Part shown: positions 1 through 14,900 of the stretch, one piece after another
How the letters are laid out: the number at the start of each line of letters is the position of its first letter
Position numbering within the stretch: position 1 is the stretch's first letter
Assembly (NCBI GenBank): GCA_030141605.1
Contig: JAQGDQ010000160.1
Span: 408,904-472,903 of the forward strand
Length of the DNA stretch: 64,000 bases
Direction of reading: 5' to 3'
Source: Tubiluchus corallicola
Taxonomy: Eukaryota; Animalia; Priapulida
Translations under genes and position numbers: made by a program
Notes under the pieces: model-generated
Told to the model about the DNA's origin: nothing
The model's input: the letters and a program-made list of their open reading frames with translations, nothing else
Databases searched by the model: none

Positions 1-3000
1 CAGGGCTCATCTAGTCAAAGTTCGTTCGACTTTGAAACTAACTGTGAACACATGTGGGCAGAAGTCAATCTGATTGTGAGCAAAAAATTAAGTACCATGT
101 ACAATCGAGGATACACTGCCCCTCTGGGGAAATACAAAATCTGTTTACTGGTATTCATTGAGTTAGCCCGCTTGTTAATCCTTCATTTAGATCGGAAATT
201 AATTGTCAATGAACACTTTCAAGGACGTAGAAAATTAATGAAGAAACAGGAGAAACCGCAAAACCGATAATATCAATGAGCATTATCTCAATAAGACCAA
301 AGGAACCACCAAGGGCACATATCAAAACTGGTCTTTGGTGCAATTTTCCGCCGCTTAGAACGCTTTTGCTCACAGGCTTTTATAATCATAATAGTCGTAA
401 TAATTTTTTTATCAATGCGAAACATCTTTAGAGCCATTTATTATCAAAAGGGTTAGTAAACAACAGCAGCGAACTTCGTGTTTCTGTGGGCAGTTGGGTT
501 GAGCTTCAGCGTCGGAGCGAAACATTTGTACTTGCTGCCATCTGTTGCGAAATATGCAAACAAATATTGACGTAGTAGTTCTAGTAGTTTAATTTTTCTT
601 CAAAAGGTGGCGATACTCTACTGTTTAGTTCAGAGTACAATTATAGAGGGACTTCGGTCTAATTTACGACTTTATCAGCACTGAAAGCCTCAACTTTAAC
701 ATGCACCATTACTTTGTAGCTGCTTAGAGTCTTAAACCAACGATCACCACCAACAGCTACTTGTCGTAAGATAAAACCTGAAGAATAAAAATGCTTGTAA
801 CATAATAAACCCTAAAAAATTAGGTTGAAATTTTTACTACGCAGTCAAAAGCAATGAAACACTGTTATGAAAACTGCTGAACAGTCACCCCCCCCCCACT
901 CCGCTACCCTCAGTCACGACTAGAGAACGGTGGAAGAGTACATTTAAATCAAAATTTAGTGAAGCTGAGAATGACGACGGATATCTAAAATTCTACATTT
1001 CACAATTCCTCCTCTAAAATATTATTGCTGCTACATGAAATAATATTGCTGAGTATCACAGCCAACGATAAAATACATAATTGTTAAAGTGTAAAAAAAG
1101 GTTGGGAAAACTCGAACTTTGCAAACAATTTTTAGAATAAGCCCGAATTTTCAGAAAAATAAAACCGAAAGTTTGCTGTTATATTCTTTAAAAACCTTAA
1201 CCTTACAAATTTTATTTGCTTGGGAAGTGTGAGTATATCAGAATTACATGCCAGACAATGACATTGTTATACATTTAGATCTAACTTAATGTCAAGCTGA
1301 AATGTCCAGCATTCTTTCACGTCAGAATAATGAATCCCCAGTAATCTATTAGAAAGGAAAACATAAAGCATGTACAAATATTCCTGAATCACAGAAGTGC
1401 AACGAAAACCGCTGAGGACTTGTTTAAAAACTTAAGTACGTTGTATGTGTAGTAAAGACTTGTCACTTATGACGGTGTTGAAAAATATTATGCACCTTGG
1501 CCATGGCCCACCTTTGATTTTGAAGCCGTAGCCTTCAGCCTGTCTAGCCTATAGGTAAATCTGGTCTTAAAGTTTTGGGTGTTTCACAAAAAACACAGAG
1601 TAATATAATTTAACATAATTTGTATAGAGCATAATATAAAATGCCATCGTATAGATTTCTTATGCAAATTATGCCATATACAAATTAGGTTTTATATCAA
1701 TTACTAAGTGTTTTGTAAAATTTAAATTGTAATTAGAACCAATTCCATTTTAAATTAATGTAAGATAATGATACTGAGAGCACTTCTGTGAAATGTTCGG
1801 AAATTTTAATAGATGAGTATATATATATATATATTATTTCTATTATATATATATATGTATTATATTAAACGCCAGAATCGTTTAAAACTTGTGACTGTCA
1901 TTTAGAATCCTTATTCTTACTCTCGTAATATTGGCCATTAAAGGGAAAACTTTTTTGTGTTTTTAGATTTAAATTTTCTCTTAATTCACCCAGTTCTGAC
2001 CAAATTAAAAAATAACAAAAAAAAAGAAATTATATTCACATAAGAATGTTATTACTACATTTTCTGCACATCGTAATGTAAACGAAAATTGAAATTTCAA
2101 TTAGCTCCTGTGTCAAGTATAACAACAAATTCGAGATTTCATTCACTTTTCTCAGTGAGGAAGTTTGGTAGTTATGAAGAATACTTTCCTTAGATTGGGC
2201 CCTGCAGACAGCAGAGGTATGCTTATTGTTGCAATCCTGTATGAAATTATGGGTTACCTTGTGGTTACAGTGCACCAGGCATTTTTTACACTTCGACAAA
2301 ACTATTTTGTATTTCATTAAAATGGGTTTAATAGTATATTCAAATCGAAAATGTTTACGACATATTTATGATCAATTTGTCTTCTATCACTTAGACCAAT
2401 ATTACGGTTTGCCTAGGTGTAATGGGCGTGAACACATGCATTAAACTAATTTTACAAAGGCAGATTTCGCCAAACGCCCGCATGGGGTTTTGTTGAGCTC
2501 CATTCATTTCCCCTTTATTCTAAATGTCCAAAACAAGGTTACTCGTTTTCTACTCCGCGTTTTCTTCACGTGCACCGAATCTTAAAGGCTAACAATAGTT
2601 GAAAGTGAAATGACCAAGCTTACTAGGGCAGCGAAACCGGTATTAAACCACGCACACAATGAGCTAGTCACTAAACGCATCTACTTTCACAACGGCTTGT
2701 GTAATCTTGAACATGGCCTTACTGGCCCACATTTACATTTGTGGACCATAGTCCATATCTCTGGCTGTTAAAGATTTCGTCCACTAAATCCTAGTTTTTC
2801 ATAAAAAAACTGCTGTAAGGCGCCCAGTAAAAAAAGTTACCATTACACGAAGCAAATAACCTTACAATAGCAGACACTGGAGCTTTATAAATTTTATTTG
2901 ATGGCATATCGCATAGTAAAAGGTACAACTGTCAATTTTTTGAAAAGAAACTTGAAGAAAAAGAATGTGAAAAATTCAGGGCTAGGCCTGGATTTCCAAA

Positions 3001-6000
3001 TGTCTCTGGCCCAAAACCATGCTCAGTCACAAGTTTTCACTATTTCTTTCTTGGGGCTAAGCTGCCAAACTTGGTTTTAAAAAATTTACAATGTTTACCA
3101 TCTCATTAAAATACTAACAAGCGAAATGTAAAATACATATAAAAAACGATGCTCATCGCTTGTTTAAGAATAATTAAATCAGAAATTGTATTATAACAGA
3201 AAATTGATATTGTATTATACTCAGAATGAGACTTAACAAGATGAGAATATAAATAGGTTCCTAGAGAAACAAAATTCGTGTATCTATTTTTTGCTAGTGA
3301 TATGAGCTACATTGTATTTGTATATGTTTATCTTGATTTAGATAAGGTTCTAGTTTTTAGGGAAACATGTATTAATTTACTATATTAAATTTTAAAATCG
3401 CTATTTGTACTACAAGAGTATTATCTAATACCATGCGAGAACGAAATGAAGAACAGCGAAAATACAATTGGTAATACAGGCAGCGAATGTGTTATTGACA
3501 ATACAGTAACAGTAAAAAAAGAAACTGTTAGCTGTCAGACATTAAGCTCATGAATAGTACTTACACCTATATTTACTATTAGACATGGACCGCCAAAACC
3601 GTCAACATTTATGCCAATAAACGTAGGGTAACTAAGGTCTAATCCGAAAAACAGTAACAGATGCGTTAAAGTCTGTGTTAAACTGTCAATGAAACAGGTT
3701 GGGAATACAAACACAGGCGCAGCTTTCCCAAATTCCTGTGTGCAGGCCGAAAACTGAACAGGAAGCCAAACTAATTTACCACGCGTTGTGCGTGCAAAGA
3801 TGCAACTTATACTTCAAACACAATAAATGCACGCAGAGAAATGGTCTCTCCAAATGGTGACGCATAACTCCTGCAAATTACATAACAGCCAGTAAGAAGC
3901 GACAGAAATGCCGGTTGAAAGCTCCAGCCAGATCATATTTGATTATTCACTTGTACTTATACACTAGTGATTTGCAAGGTAAACGTTCTTCCAAGTAGAG
4001 CACAGCACCAATAAAATACTGCAAGAAGAACGTGTAAAGCAATTTTTGCTAATCTTAATTCTTAATTTGCCAGCGGCGTAAAGCAAATAAAACACATGCC
4101 CGTTGCATTTAACACGCTGAAGATTATCGTCCTTGTATTGCAAGTATTTCACAATTACGTACAAATATATAAAAGAAAGCGAATGCCGTAACACGTACGC
4201 ATTGATAAGTGGCATATGCACAAAATATCGCACGGAAATGGTCGCGGAAATCAGAAAAAGAATCGCGCCAGAAGTTTACTTGACAACTGACAAGGAGGAA
4301 CTTGCAATAATTTTCATCTATTAATGGCAAATAGAAATTTAATACAATACAATACGATCAGTTTATTTACAAAATCACGCTTATAAATTAATTCGTTTTC
4401 GTTAAAAAACAGCAACGAAAGCTTTGTCAATGATATACTTATATAACTGTTAGAATTATTAACCTGACAAACTTGTCTGTAACACGGGGTTAAGGAGGCA
4501 TCGTGGAAATAATGGAAGTTTGTAGTCATTCAGTGCAGGTCATGTCATAATGAGTAAATCATAACGTTAATGCAGTCTTGTATGAAGGTGTTAACATGCT
4601 TATAACTTGGCACCAAACGTACGACACTGATCCAACGAAATATTTTACTTGAATGTTAGTTTTCTGTGCAAAAAGGCTTTGGCACCGATGAAGTTTTCCA
4701 TGATCATCATTCGTCAGTAAAAGAAAACGATTACCGTGCCCATAATTATAGTCAATCAAAAAAAGAAACTGTATCTTGTACAGAGTATAAAGCTAATAAT
4801 TAATTTGAGACGTTTACGAACGCTTATTGTAACATATAATTTTCGCATATGTACATGTATTGTGCCATGTACGTTTATTGTACACGCGATGGCTGTAGGC
4901 TAATGAAATGGCAATACATATCAAGGGACAGGGCACCTTAAATTTTTCTGCAAATATACAACAGAGATTAGAATTTATAGTCCTTTTAGAGTCTTATCAG
5001 TTTTAGATGTTAGATGTTTTAGAGTCTTAGATGTTTAGTTAGATCATTCTCGGGAACGGGCTACTGAGCTAGGTTCTGTCCCTCTACAACCATCGCCGGC
5101 CAAAAGAGATTACCGAGAATGCCTGCCGTTCGTAATTTCTTGTATGCAAAGGCATTTTTAATCCACGAAGAAACTTGCCCAAAAACATAGGAAGCTCGGG
5201 ACTTTTGATCGCCAATTATTATACTACCTAATTTGCAAAAACTAAAACTAAGATACAAATAACCCAAATACATGTAGGTCTTAGACTTAGAGTGACAGGC
5301 TAGCGAAATAAAAAGACCAGTCTTGCCGAAAGACATCATTAGTCAAAAATAAAGGTAAGTCGTACAAGGTAACAGGTTAGTATGTTTTAGGCCCAAGGCC
5401 TCAAAAACTAAAGCCGTACTGTACAAACAGTACTATGTAAGTTGAAGTTACAGCTCATTAAATATGCAACTATTCATTAAAAGCAATAGTCCACCAGTTA
5501 AATTATGCAGCAAATGGAGTCAGAAAAGAAAATTACACCACACGACTACAACTATCCCAGACACGAAGTGCAATAGCAGAAAATAAATTATAAAAATTTT
5601 ATTACAAATTTTATACTTGTTAAAGGCCAAATTATCTATTGCAAAAAAGCAAGAAAAATTTAAAACAGATTACATACACGCACATGGAAATGCTCAATTA
5701 TCTTCCTTTTAAAACTGCAAACCACCTAATGCAATACAAATCCATCTCATATGTTATGGAAGTACTATCTAAGTTTTTAAAAATACAAGAACAGACTAGG
5801 TAAAAGTGCTATTTACTTTACACAAGTTAGAGACTTGTGATGACATGTATATAACATAACTCGAAATTTCTAATGTACATTTAACAGAAACCTCAAATAA
5901 CAAACTTGAGGCAATAATGCCAGAAAGCAAATAACGTGGTTACCAATGATGAGCTAGACAATACCCAGCTGTATGCCAAAGACCAAACTGCTGGAAACGT

Positions 6001-9000
6001 ACAGATATGAGGCCGATGTCTAAACCTCTGCAAAGAATTGGGGTTTAAATTTTAGATACGAGGCAAAGCTACTTTACTGCTATCGCCATGAAGCAGTGTG
6101 ACACCCGACTCTGCTTTGCTGTGTAAATTCAAACTGGCAACTCTGGCATCAACTCGAGTTCATGCACCGGGTCAATTTAAGGGCTATGATTCCTATTAAT
6201 TCATTCATTTCTGCTGTTTTCTAGACAAGTAGCACTGAAGCACATTAATTTTTTGAAATGATTTTCGCTCTATGAGCAAGCAGAAAAGGTTGAATGAGAA
6301 TCAATATAAGATCTAAATAATGAACGTAGTTATATAATTACAGAATAGTATATTTATGTTTTTGACACTGCTGGAGGTATTCAGTTACAGGCAGCTTAGC
6401 TGCTAGAAATCAATGAAGACCGTGGGACCCTCTATAAACGTCGCTGAAAATAAGTTTTATTAATTAAGCCCTCCTCTCACCTTGGTGCTACTATTGTGCA
6501 AAGAAAATGCCGAGTGGTATCCACAACGCTATCTTCACTGCAACTCAGGTATACATTTTGTAACTGCAGAATGACTGGCACAAAACAAAACACCTGTGTA
6601 AAGCTAAAAATAAACTATACTACAGTAATAGTTTCAAAGTAGATGAACATATCCATGAAAGTGACTCAAGGCAAGACTAGCTTGTATCAACATCAAACCA
6701 TAACCGTTTGTTCCTTAACTCTCACTCTCAGGTTCACTAGACAGGAAAGATTCACGGTAAATCGAATTGGTGAGATAGCGGGGGTGTGGAGGTGACTACC
6801 TCATCCGCCCACTGACTGTATTTAAGGCTCTTTATATCCACCACAGGTAATTAGGAAAACCGATGTCTCAAGTACTTTCTAGTACCACTGAAATCCCACG
6901 TAACAGGAAATTAAGCTTTTACTAAAAAGAAGATAGATACATGCCACCCCTTCACGGCTAAATGAAAACGTTCACACAACAGCATGAAAACCAGTGTATG
7001 ACCTACGCTGCACCACTGGCCTAGTTACTCACCTGATCACAAATTTCCTTCAGTAAACTACAAAGACAATGCAACGAAAATAACACCATAGCCTGAACTG
7101 CAAGCGTAACCATTTTTAATGAGCGCTACTTCAGATCCCATGGTGCTTACATGTGGACGAAGGCCTACGTTTACCTCGAAGTTTACTGAATGTAAGTTAC
7201 TAAAATATCAAACACCTCTAAAGTAAATGATTGCCCGGTTTTAACGTACAAAAGTACTTAAGAACTTGTAATTAAATATGCAATTTATCAGAAAGACCTT
7301 CGCAATTACAAAAAACGACCGCAGAGTTAACGGACATCAACTGCAAAATTAATAATTTATGAGTTCGTTGCATTTTGCCAAAGGCTAAACTTGTGTAAAA
7401 TGTCTCCGCTATCAATGCGCATTTCAATAGCTGGTTATAATGTTATCACAAATACATCAGAATTGTTAATTAAACGTTTCTTGACAAGGCCACTAAGCAT
7501 TCTGCGTGAAGACCTTGCCCGTGAAATATCACAATTGTTTAAAAACAATGAAATTACCACAGACATCTTCCTTGTTTTAAATGTTCACAGTTTTTTATAC
7601 CACTATTCGATTTTGAATAAGTCTTAGCTTATAGTCCAATGAATCTTAGTAGGACGTAATTTTTTGTTACTGCTTGTTGGCTTATTTTATAAGCTTATGC
7701 AGCAAACAAAATCTCCATGCACTAATACTATCTGGCTATTGTTATTAGACACTTCTGCGATCAGCAACGTTTTCTATATTCTGTAACCCGGTGTACATGG
7801 AAATTGCAGTATTGACAATTTCTAAAATTAGAGATCAAGATTGCTAGAATTAGAATGAAAATCTAATGAATTCGTGCACATATATGTAACAGAACCATAC
7901 AGAGGTAGCGATTACTGAGCAGAATTGTAAAACTGGAGCAATTGCCAAGAGTAGGTTGAAAATAGTACTGCTAGTCTTAGACACAAAAAACATGAATTTG
8001 CTGGGGCTATTCAGTAGGGCAGAAACAGATAGCCAACCAGCGTGCACGTATTTTAAATTATTAGCTACATTGTACAGTATAGGAAGGCCTATATATTTCC
8101 AACATGCTTAACAAACAAAGTACAGGGGTTAGCTTCAGTATATAATGTAGTACTGCACACTCCAATAATTTCGCTACTTAATGATGGGTTTGCGCACAGG
8201 CTCTAATTATTTGCAACCATTATATACTGGAATAATTTCTTAATGTCGTTTCACAATCATAAAGAGCTTTGAACCTCTGATCTGAATTCCGTGACCGTAA
8301 TTATGGACCCGTAAAGGCAAAATTATGGGTAACATGCTATGTTAAAAATTGTTTTTTTTTAAATTTCATTTACGAATAACTTAATAGGCCCAATAGCAAT
8401 ATTTTTAGTCTTGAGAATACTAGAGCACAAAAAGGCAGTAATAAAACATTTTTCTACAATTTTATTACTTTTGATGTCTTATATTGTCTTCATCAAAAAG
8501 CAAAGCTAATTAGCTAAAAATTATGAGATTACAAAAACTTAGAATATATTACCCACTATTCTAAATATTTATCTTTTTATTAGGAAAATTCAAGTATATG
8601 TACTTTTAAGCCAGTAAGTTCATTAGATACAGGCGTAAGAGACGAATGTCTGTTTTAATACCTCCAAGGGCAGACGATTTGTACGTTGTCAGAGCAAAAG
8701 CTGAATTATTTTCAGGGCAAATAACTCTGTTTTAAAATTTCTAACTTCAAAAATCGTTTAAACGAGCTGCACACTTTACTGCCTGCTATTAAAGCATTTC
8801 TAATACGGTAAATTATTTTTTAGCTTTTTAAGTTAATACTAGTAGCTGTTACTAAATTTGGTTCACTAAACCAGCATATATTCGTTTACACTGTTCGTCC
8901 ATGCATAGACAAGGTTACAGATATGTTTGCAAAGAAAAAAATAATTCGTTATCATTATCTCTTTGAATTTCTGCAACATTTCTTAAGATATAATTTTATA

Positions 9001-9584
9001 TACTTGTTCATCAAATATATTTTCGAGCCATACACCAGAAAATAAATGAAATATTGCCTAAGTAGGTTAACAAAAATAATGTGTCCTCTCCCACAGCACG
9101 AGCATGACTTATCCGTGTTGCTTTTGAAGACTTGATGTGTACTGAACCATCGACATTGTTCCGCATATAATCAGCGAAAGTGACGAGAAAGTTTCACTGC
9201 TCTAATTTCAACAAAATGTATGTCAGAATAATGTTTGCAAAAACCCAGTTTCATGGAACAGGCTCATTGTTGAGGATTAGCGGCTGAGCCTAGGAGTCGT
9301 GATTTCACAGTCGACTAAATGCTTTCGTTTTTACATCCGCAGCGGTCAGAATTATTTGAAAATCGTTTAATCTACCCTGTGCGATTATTAGCGTTTTTAC
9401 CACAAATAAGAAAATCCTAACAAACAAAACAGTTTAGTGGGTAGGCTGCCTATGAGCTGCATAACATGCAATAACATCAACATGTCGTAACTGCCACTGT
9501 TTTTATTTTTAGTGCTACAGCGCCCTAGAAGTAGTTAAGATTCACAGCAAGAAGTGACTTAGAAGGCCAAATAATAAGTACTTA

Positions 9585-10160
9585 GAAGTGATGTTGTAGA
9601 ATCCCAGTAAGTAGTGATGTAGAAGAAGCCCAGTATACAAGTAGTGATGTGCAAGAATCCCAGTATACAAGTAGTGATGCACAAGAATCCCAGTATGCAA
9701 GTAGTGATGCAGAAGAAGACCAGTATGTAAGTAGTGACGCAGAAGAATTTCAGTATGAAAGCAGTAATGCAGAAGACGTCCAGTATGTAAGTAGTGATGT
9801 AAAAGAAACCAGTAAGTAAATAATGATCCAGAAGAGTCCCAGTAAGTAGTGATGCAGAAGAAGCCAAGTACGTAAGTAGTAATGCAGAAGAATTCCAGTA
9901 AGTAGTGAGGCAGAAGAAGCCCAGTATGTAAGAAATGATGTAGAAGATAAGTAAATAACGATCCAGAAGAATCCCAGTATGTAAGTAGTGATGCAGAAGA
10001 AGCCCAGTATGTAAGTAGTGATGCAGAAGAAGCCCAGTATGTAAGTAATGATGTAGAAGAAGCCCAGTATGTAAGTAGTGATGTAGAAGAAGCCCAGTAT
10101 GTAAGTAGTGCTGAAGAAGAAGCCCAGTATGTAAGTAGTGATGCAGAAGAATCCCAGTAA
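9585..10160. repeat. Minisatellite, ~30-bp unit (gaagaagcccagtatgtaagtagtgatgca)
   Basis: Roughly 19-20 imperfect tandem copies, most homogeneous at 9965-10160. Confidence 0.95.
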
Positions 10161-11770
10161 ATAAGCAGGGACGTTTTGTTATCTGGAGGGATATTTAAGC
10201 ATCAAAACTGCAAACTGTGTCAGATGCTGAATATGCACGTAAAGATAGCGTCACACTGTGAGCGTGGCTGTTAGATATCACACTGTGAGCATGGCTGTTG
10301 GATACGAAGTAAAACATTACTTGTTCTCGGTAGAAATGCAGTTTTTTCGTAGTACCCCTTTTTCTGCTGCTTCTCATAGGTTTACTTTGGACATTCCCAG
10401 ACCTCGAACAGTTGCTTATCAATCCAATTTTTCCCTCTGGCTTCTTACCTTTGTAATTCTCTAGCAAAAATTGTCGTGAAAACAGCGATTCACTCGATCC
10501 AAGAAGAGAAAATTTATATCACTACTTATATGTATCCATACGTATTTATATGTATCCAAACCTTCACCTCTTACTTCACTTTGAGTGGCTTTTGGCCTTA
10601 TTTGGAGTGATTTGTATAAAAAAATTAGCAACTTACTTCAACGTTGGCAAATGTGATCTGTACTAAAGCTAAAATAAGATAGCCAAAGTCTTGTGACTAT
10701 TACAGCTCAAGTCCAATAAGAATACAAAGAGATCACAACTCAAAGGAGCAACAGCACATGAACATGACAGCACAGTTTTTTGCATTTTAAATATGGTATT
10801 TCAAATGAACACAGTACAATTACCTGCCGTAGCACTTTTCACAAGTCAGCGCAAATACACACATGCCCTGTATGCACTATTAAAGTTTGATTTTATTGCA
10901 CAAGTACAGTATGAATAGTCCAGATGAAAACAAAATATATCCGACCTTCACTTCTAAACATTAAAAGCTTACTTCGCTGCAGGTCAATTTACCACGGCTT
11001 ACCTGAGCCATATAACCGTGAATTATAAAACTTAGGACATATTAATATGCCAGACATGCTTTCTTTGGCAAACCGTGCAGCAAATGAGTATGAGGATCCC
11101 AAGGCCGGTGTTAAGGTATGATACAAATGCAATTTTTTGTAATCTGAGTTTGGTAGACTATGTATCAAGCTGCGTGTTAACATTAGACAAACTTACAGAC
11201 TTTCAATTTTAACAGATAAATATGCATTCTAATTTTTATATAAATTCTCCAAATACACATTTGTTAAAAATTTCACTGAATTCGCAAGTTGCTTTCATGA
11301 AAACCATGATCTCTAGTTTAAAAAAATGAAACGGATTAGGACAGATCATCATTCGTCGTAAGTCGTAGCAGGTGTCACTAAAAGGTGAGAACTGGTTTAA
11401 AAAATAAGACGTACAGCTACAGTTTTGTTAAGTGCATGTTGTTATAAAAAAATGAGAAGTTAATTGAGGTACAAGTGATTATTGCCTACAATGTGATTAT
11501 GGTCATCTGGTGAAGTGGAAAAGGATAAATTCTTAACTTTTGTAGCATGACCAAGTACTCCAAAAGGAATTATCAAGGGTGACTTGTGACTTGTACCCAT
11601 TCTCAGCCAAAAACGTACGTGTACTTTCACAATAATCCTTCAAAATATCACTATGATTTCGTCAACTGGTATCATCACAGTAACACAGTATTTCCATATT
11701 TTACAGACAAGGAACAAAGAAAGCTGCCATAAGAGGAGGCTAATCGTAAGACATGAGTAATTGCAACATA

Positions 11771-11925
11771 TGATGATGATGATGATAGATAGATAGACAG
11801 ATAAATGGATAGATAGGTAGACAGATAGATAAACAGAGCTAGACATACATACATACATACATACATACATACATACATACATACATACATACATACATGC
11901 AGCCAGACAGTTAGACAGATAGATA
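11771..11925. repeat. Compound microsatellite (gat)n/(agat)n/(acat)n
   Basis: Directly visible; explains the repetitive ORFs at 11640-11974. Confidence 0.95.
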
Positions 11926-14900
11926 GGTTTATTTGCATACAAAAATTGCAGTTAGAAAGTGAATAAAATTGCATTTACAATTAAAAAGACATTAACCACA
12001 GACAATAAAAATGATAAACACTGTTCTACTGATAAAAATATGCCATAACAGAATAAAGCTTCATTGAAAAAATCAAATGAAAACTAAAAGAATCTACTTA
12101 TTCGTGGCCAAGGTCACATTAATATCATTTAAAAGTATTTTATATAGGCGCCTATTAGTGGGCATGAAAGTGGAGGGAAAGAAAACAAAGAGCTAGGGTC
12201 CTCTGACTCACATGTAGAGGTGCATACTAAACCAAAACGATAATATCAGTCACGCATACATTAGTAAAAACACTGCACCTAAAAGCGGAAAAGTTACCAT
12301 AAAAAAGATGGAGACTCAAATTATTTGACAATGATAATGAGAATAGCAAATTATTATTCTCAAGAAATTTAGAACTCCGTGCTCCTCGATGACACGGGAG
12401 AATCTGCAGGATCTAAACTCCTAAGTGTGGAACTCAAATGGAAAGACTCTTGGGCCTCAGATACTTGGGTCGTTAATAGTGCATACCGCACACCTGTCAC
12501 AGCCACAAAACTTGCGTTACAACATGTCACAATTTTACAAGTTACAACTTCATTATTTAAGGAAACTTCACTCAATGATGACTGCATAACTCTTTTAGTT
12601 TGGATGCTGAGCAATGCTATAAAAACAGTTTCTGCTTAATATTATACTAGGGAATGAGACCGACATACACAGCAAACACATCTTTACCGTTTTTTGTAAT
12701 AATGGCACTACTTTTAAATTTTGAAAGTAGGTATCAGCAGCTGCAGATTTTAAGTCAGCTTGTTGGTGATGGATAGCCCAATAATTCTATGAAAACCCCA
12801 TGAAAAGCAATGAAAAGCAGACTGGAGCCACCGCCACCCCACTCACAATCAACTAAAGTTCTTTCTTAAATTATGAGTTCTGAGCTTGAAAGGTTTCTAG
12901 TAGTTTCACATTCGGCATTTCTGTAATATGAAATAAATACTGCATCAGGCAGGAATAAAGAATTGATGGCATGCCTGGTTAAAAAGTAACTGCAAATTGG
13001 TGCAGTCTTGCAAATTGAAGCATTGTATTCAGTCTAAAATTTTACAAACGTGAACAGTGACCGCAACTATAAAACAAGATGGAAAATATCGATTACAGTA
13101 CAAGCAGAAGTTATAGTTAAGCCACCTCAAATACTGCAAAATAAATAGGTAGCTCTGGAAAATTATACTCAAGTTATAAAAACTTAACACAAATATAAAA
13201 TTTGCTCGGTTTGTAAAGTTCTCTCTAGCAGTGAGCGTCCACGAAACTTTCACGAGTCGCAGTTCTTTCTCTAAAATCTTTTCATACAAATTCGAAAGTT
13301 CTGAATTACATACCTACGATTAGCAAACTGCAAAACAGGCCTTATTTGGACTTAAGTGATTTTGTTTTTACAACGGTTGCATAAAAACAGCGCTCATGAT
13401 GCCTCTACCATATTTTGCAGCCCGCAAATGTACATATCTATTTTAATGTACAGGTAATATACAAGACTTATATTTAAGTTATTGATCATCACAGAATGTA
13501 GGCTACATGAAATAATAATAGTCCTCCTCTGCTAACTCATAGAAGGATACCCAAAGGAGAAGAAAACATGAGTGAAATGATTCTCACAGCCGTCTCTCCA
13601 ATAATTTTACAGTCATTTAGCTGCAGATAGTTCTAGACAATATACTGGGGGGAAAGCTTTGCAACTTTAGCACCTTGTTAGTTATGGCTAGAAATGCTAA
13701 CGAATGAATTTAATCCAGAATAGTTCTGATTGACTGGCAATAATGCCAGAAGCAACACAAGTAAAGAAAAGAAGAAAACTACTGACTATGAATATCTTGT
13801 GCCCACATATCATTATTGATGATCATTAGCATTATTAAAGCACATCTCATAGCAAACAAGAAAAACACACATTATTAATACCGACCACTAGTGTTCATTG
13901 TTAAATGGACAGGTGCCATAAACATTTTTTCCAATAGCTGTACATTTTACCCCCATACATAATATAGTTTACATGTATACTCTACAAAACTAACTAAAAC
14001 ATATAGCCTCAAAAGATGTCTTGACTAGCTTTAAGTCATTAAACTTACAAAAGAACATGATCATTTAAAGTAAATTCACTTTCTAAAACTAGCCATAACA
14101 GAGCACATGAGTGTTCAATATTAACTTAACTCAGCCTCACAAGCCAAAGAAAAAGTAAATACAGGCTTTTCACTGTATACTCCAATGGACTTTCACTGCA
14201 AGTATATTTAGTTAGTTACATAGCTAGTAAGTTACCTTGTATTTCGGTTTAAAGTCATTAACCCAGCCCAGGTGCCTTACTTTTCTGCATATAATCACCT
14301 AAAGCTATGTATATGTAGATTGCAAAGTGATGGAAGAGTGCAAGGTTGGATGTTTGCTCTTTTATCCAGATAACCTGGAAAACGTCATTCATTGGTCTCT
14401 TGCAGGTCTCCTGACAATTAGCATGCTGCCTCCCTTAATTTATTTTGTAAGCCTAAATCCTGCATTCAGAAGGAGACGTTAGGAAAAACAATAATTATTT
14501 GATTACTTATAAATTATAAGGCCCACTTCCCGAATACGAGACATTGAACTGGTAGAGATATTTTTTGTTAGAAAAGACTGTTTTAGCTATGATTGGATGC
14601 ATCCTCTGTCCCTCAATGGCTTAACTCACCAAAGACAGTAAATCACCAAAGACAGAATGTCAGACGAAATTGCCCCAAAGCAATTTTCCAGACAGTTATT
14701 CATGACTTACTGACCAGGCTCAGCTCCAGGTATGTTCGGTTGCTAAGTACGCACTGTGACCGCTCAGCTATGCCTTATTCCCAATTTAAATTTAAAACAT
14801 TTCAAAAAAAGTATAGAAGTTCTGATGAAAACCCCTTTATTAAGTTTCATCACAGGACTTCCCAATAAATATTCAACATTATCAAATTGTTAAAAATCAC

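Noticed and set aside
9585-10160. Regular ~30-bp periodicity as a CRISPR array, and the 102-aa ORF 9559-9867 as a membrane protein
   Set aside because: Units are head-to-tail with no unique spacers, the context is eukaryotic with no cas genes, and the ORF is just the translated repeat.
11640-11974. 100-aa ORFs with MYVC repeats
   Set aside because: Translation of (acat)n/(agat)n microsatellites.
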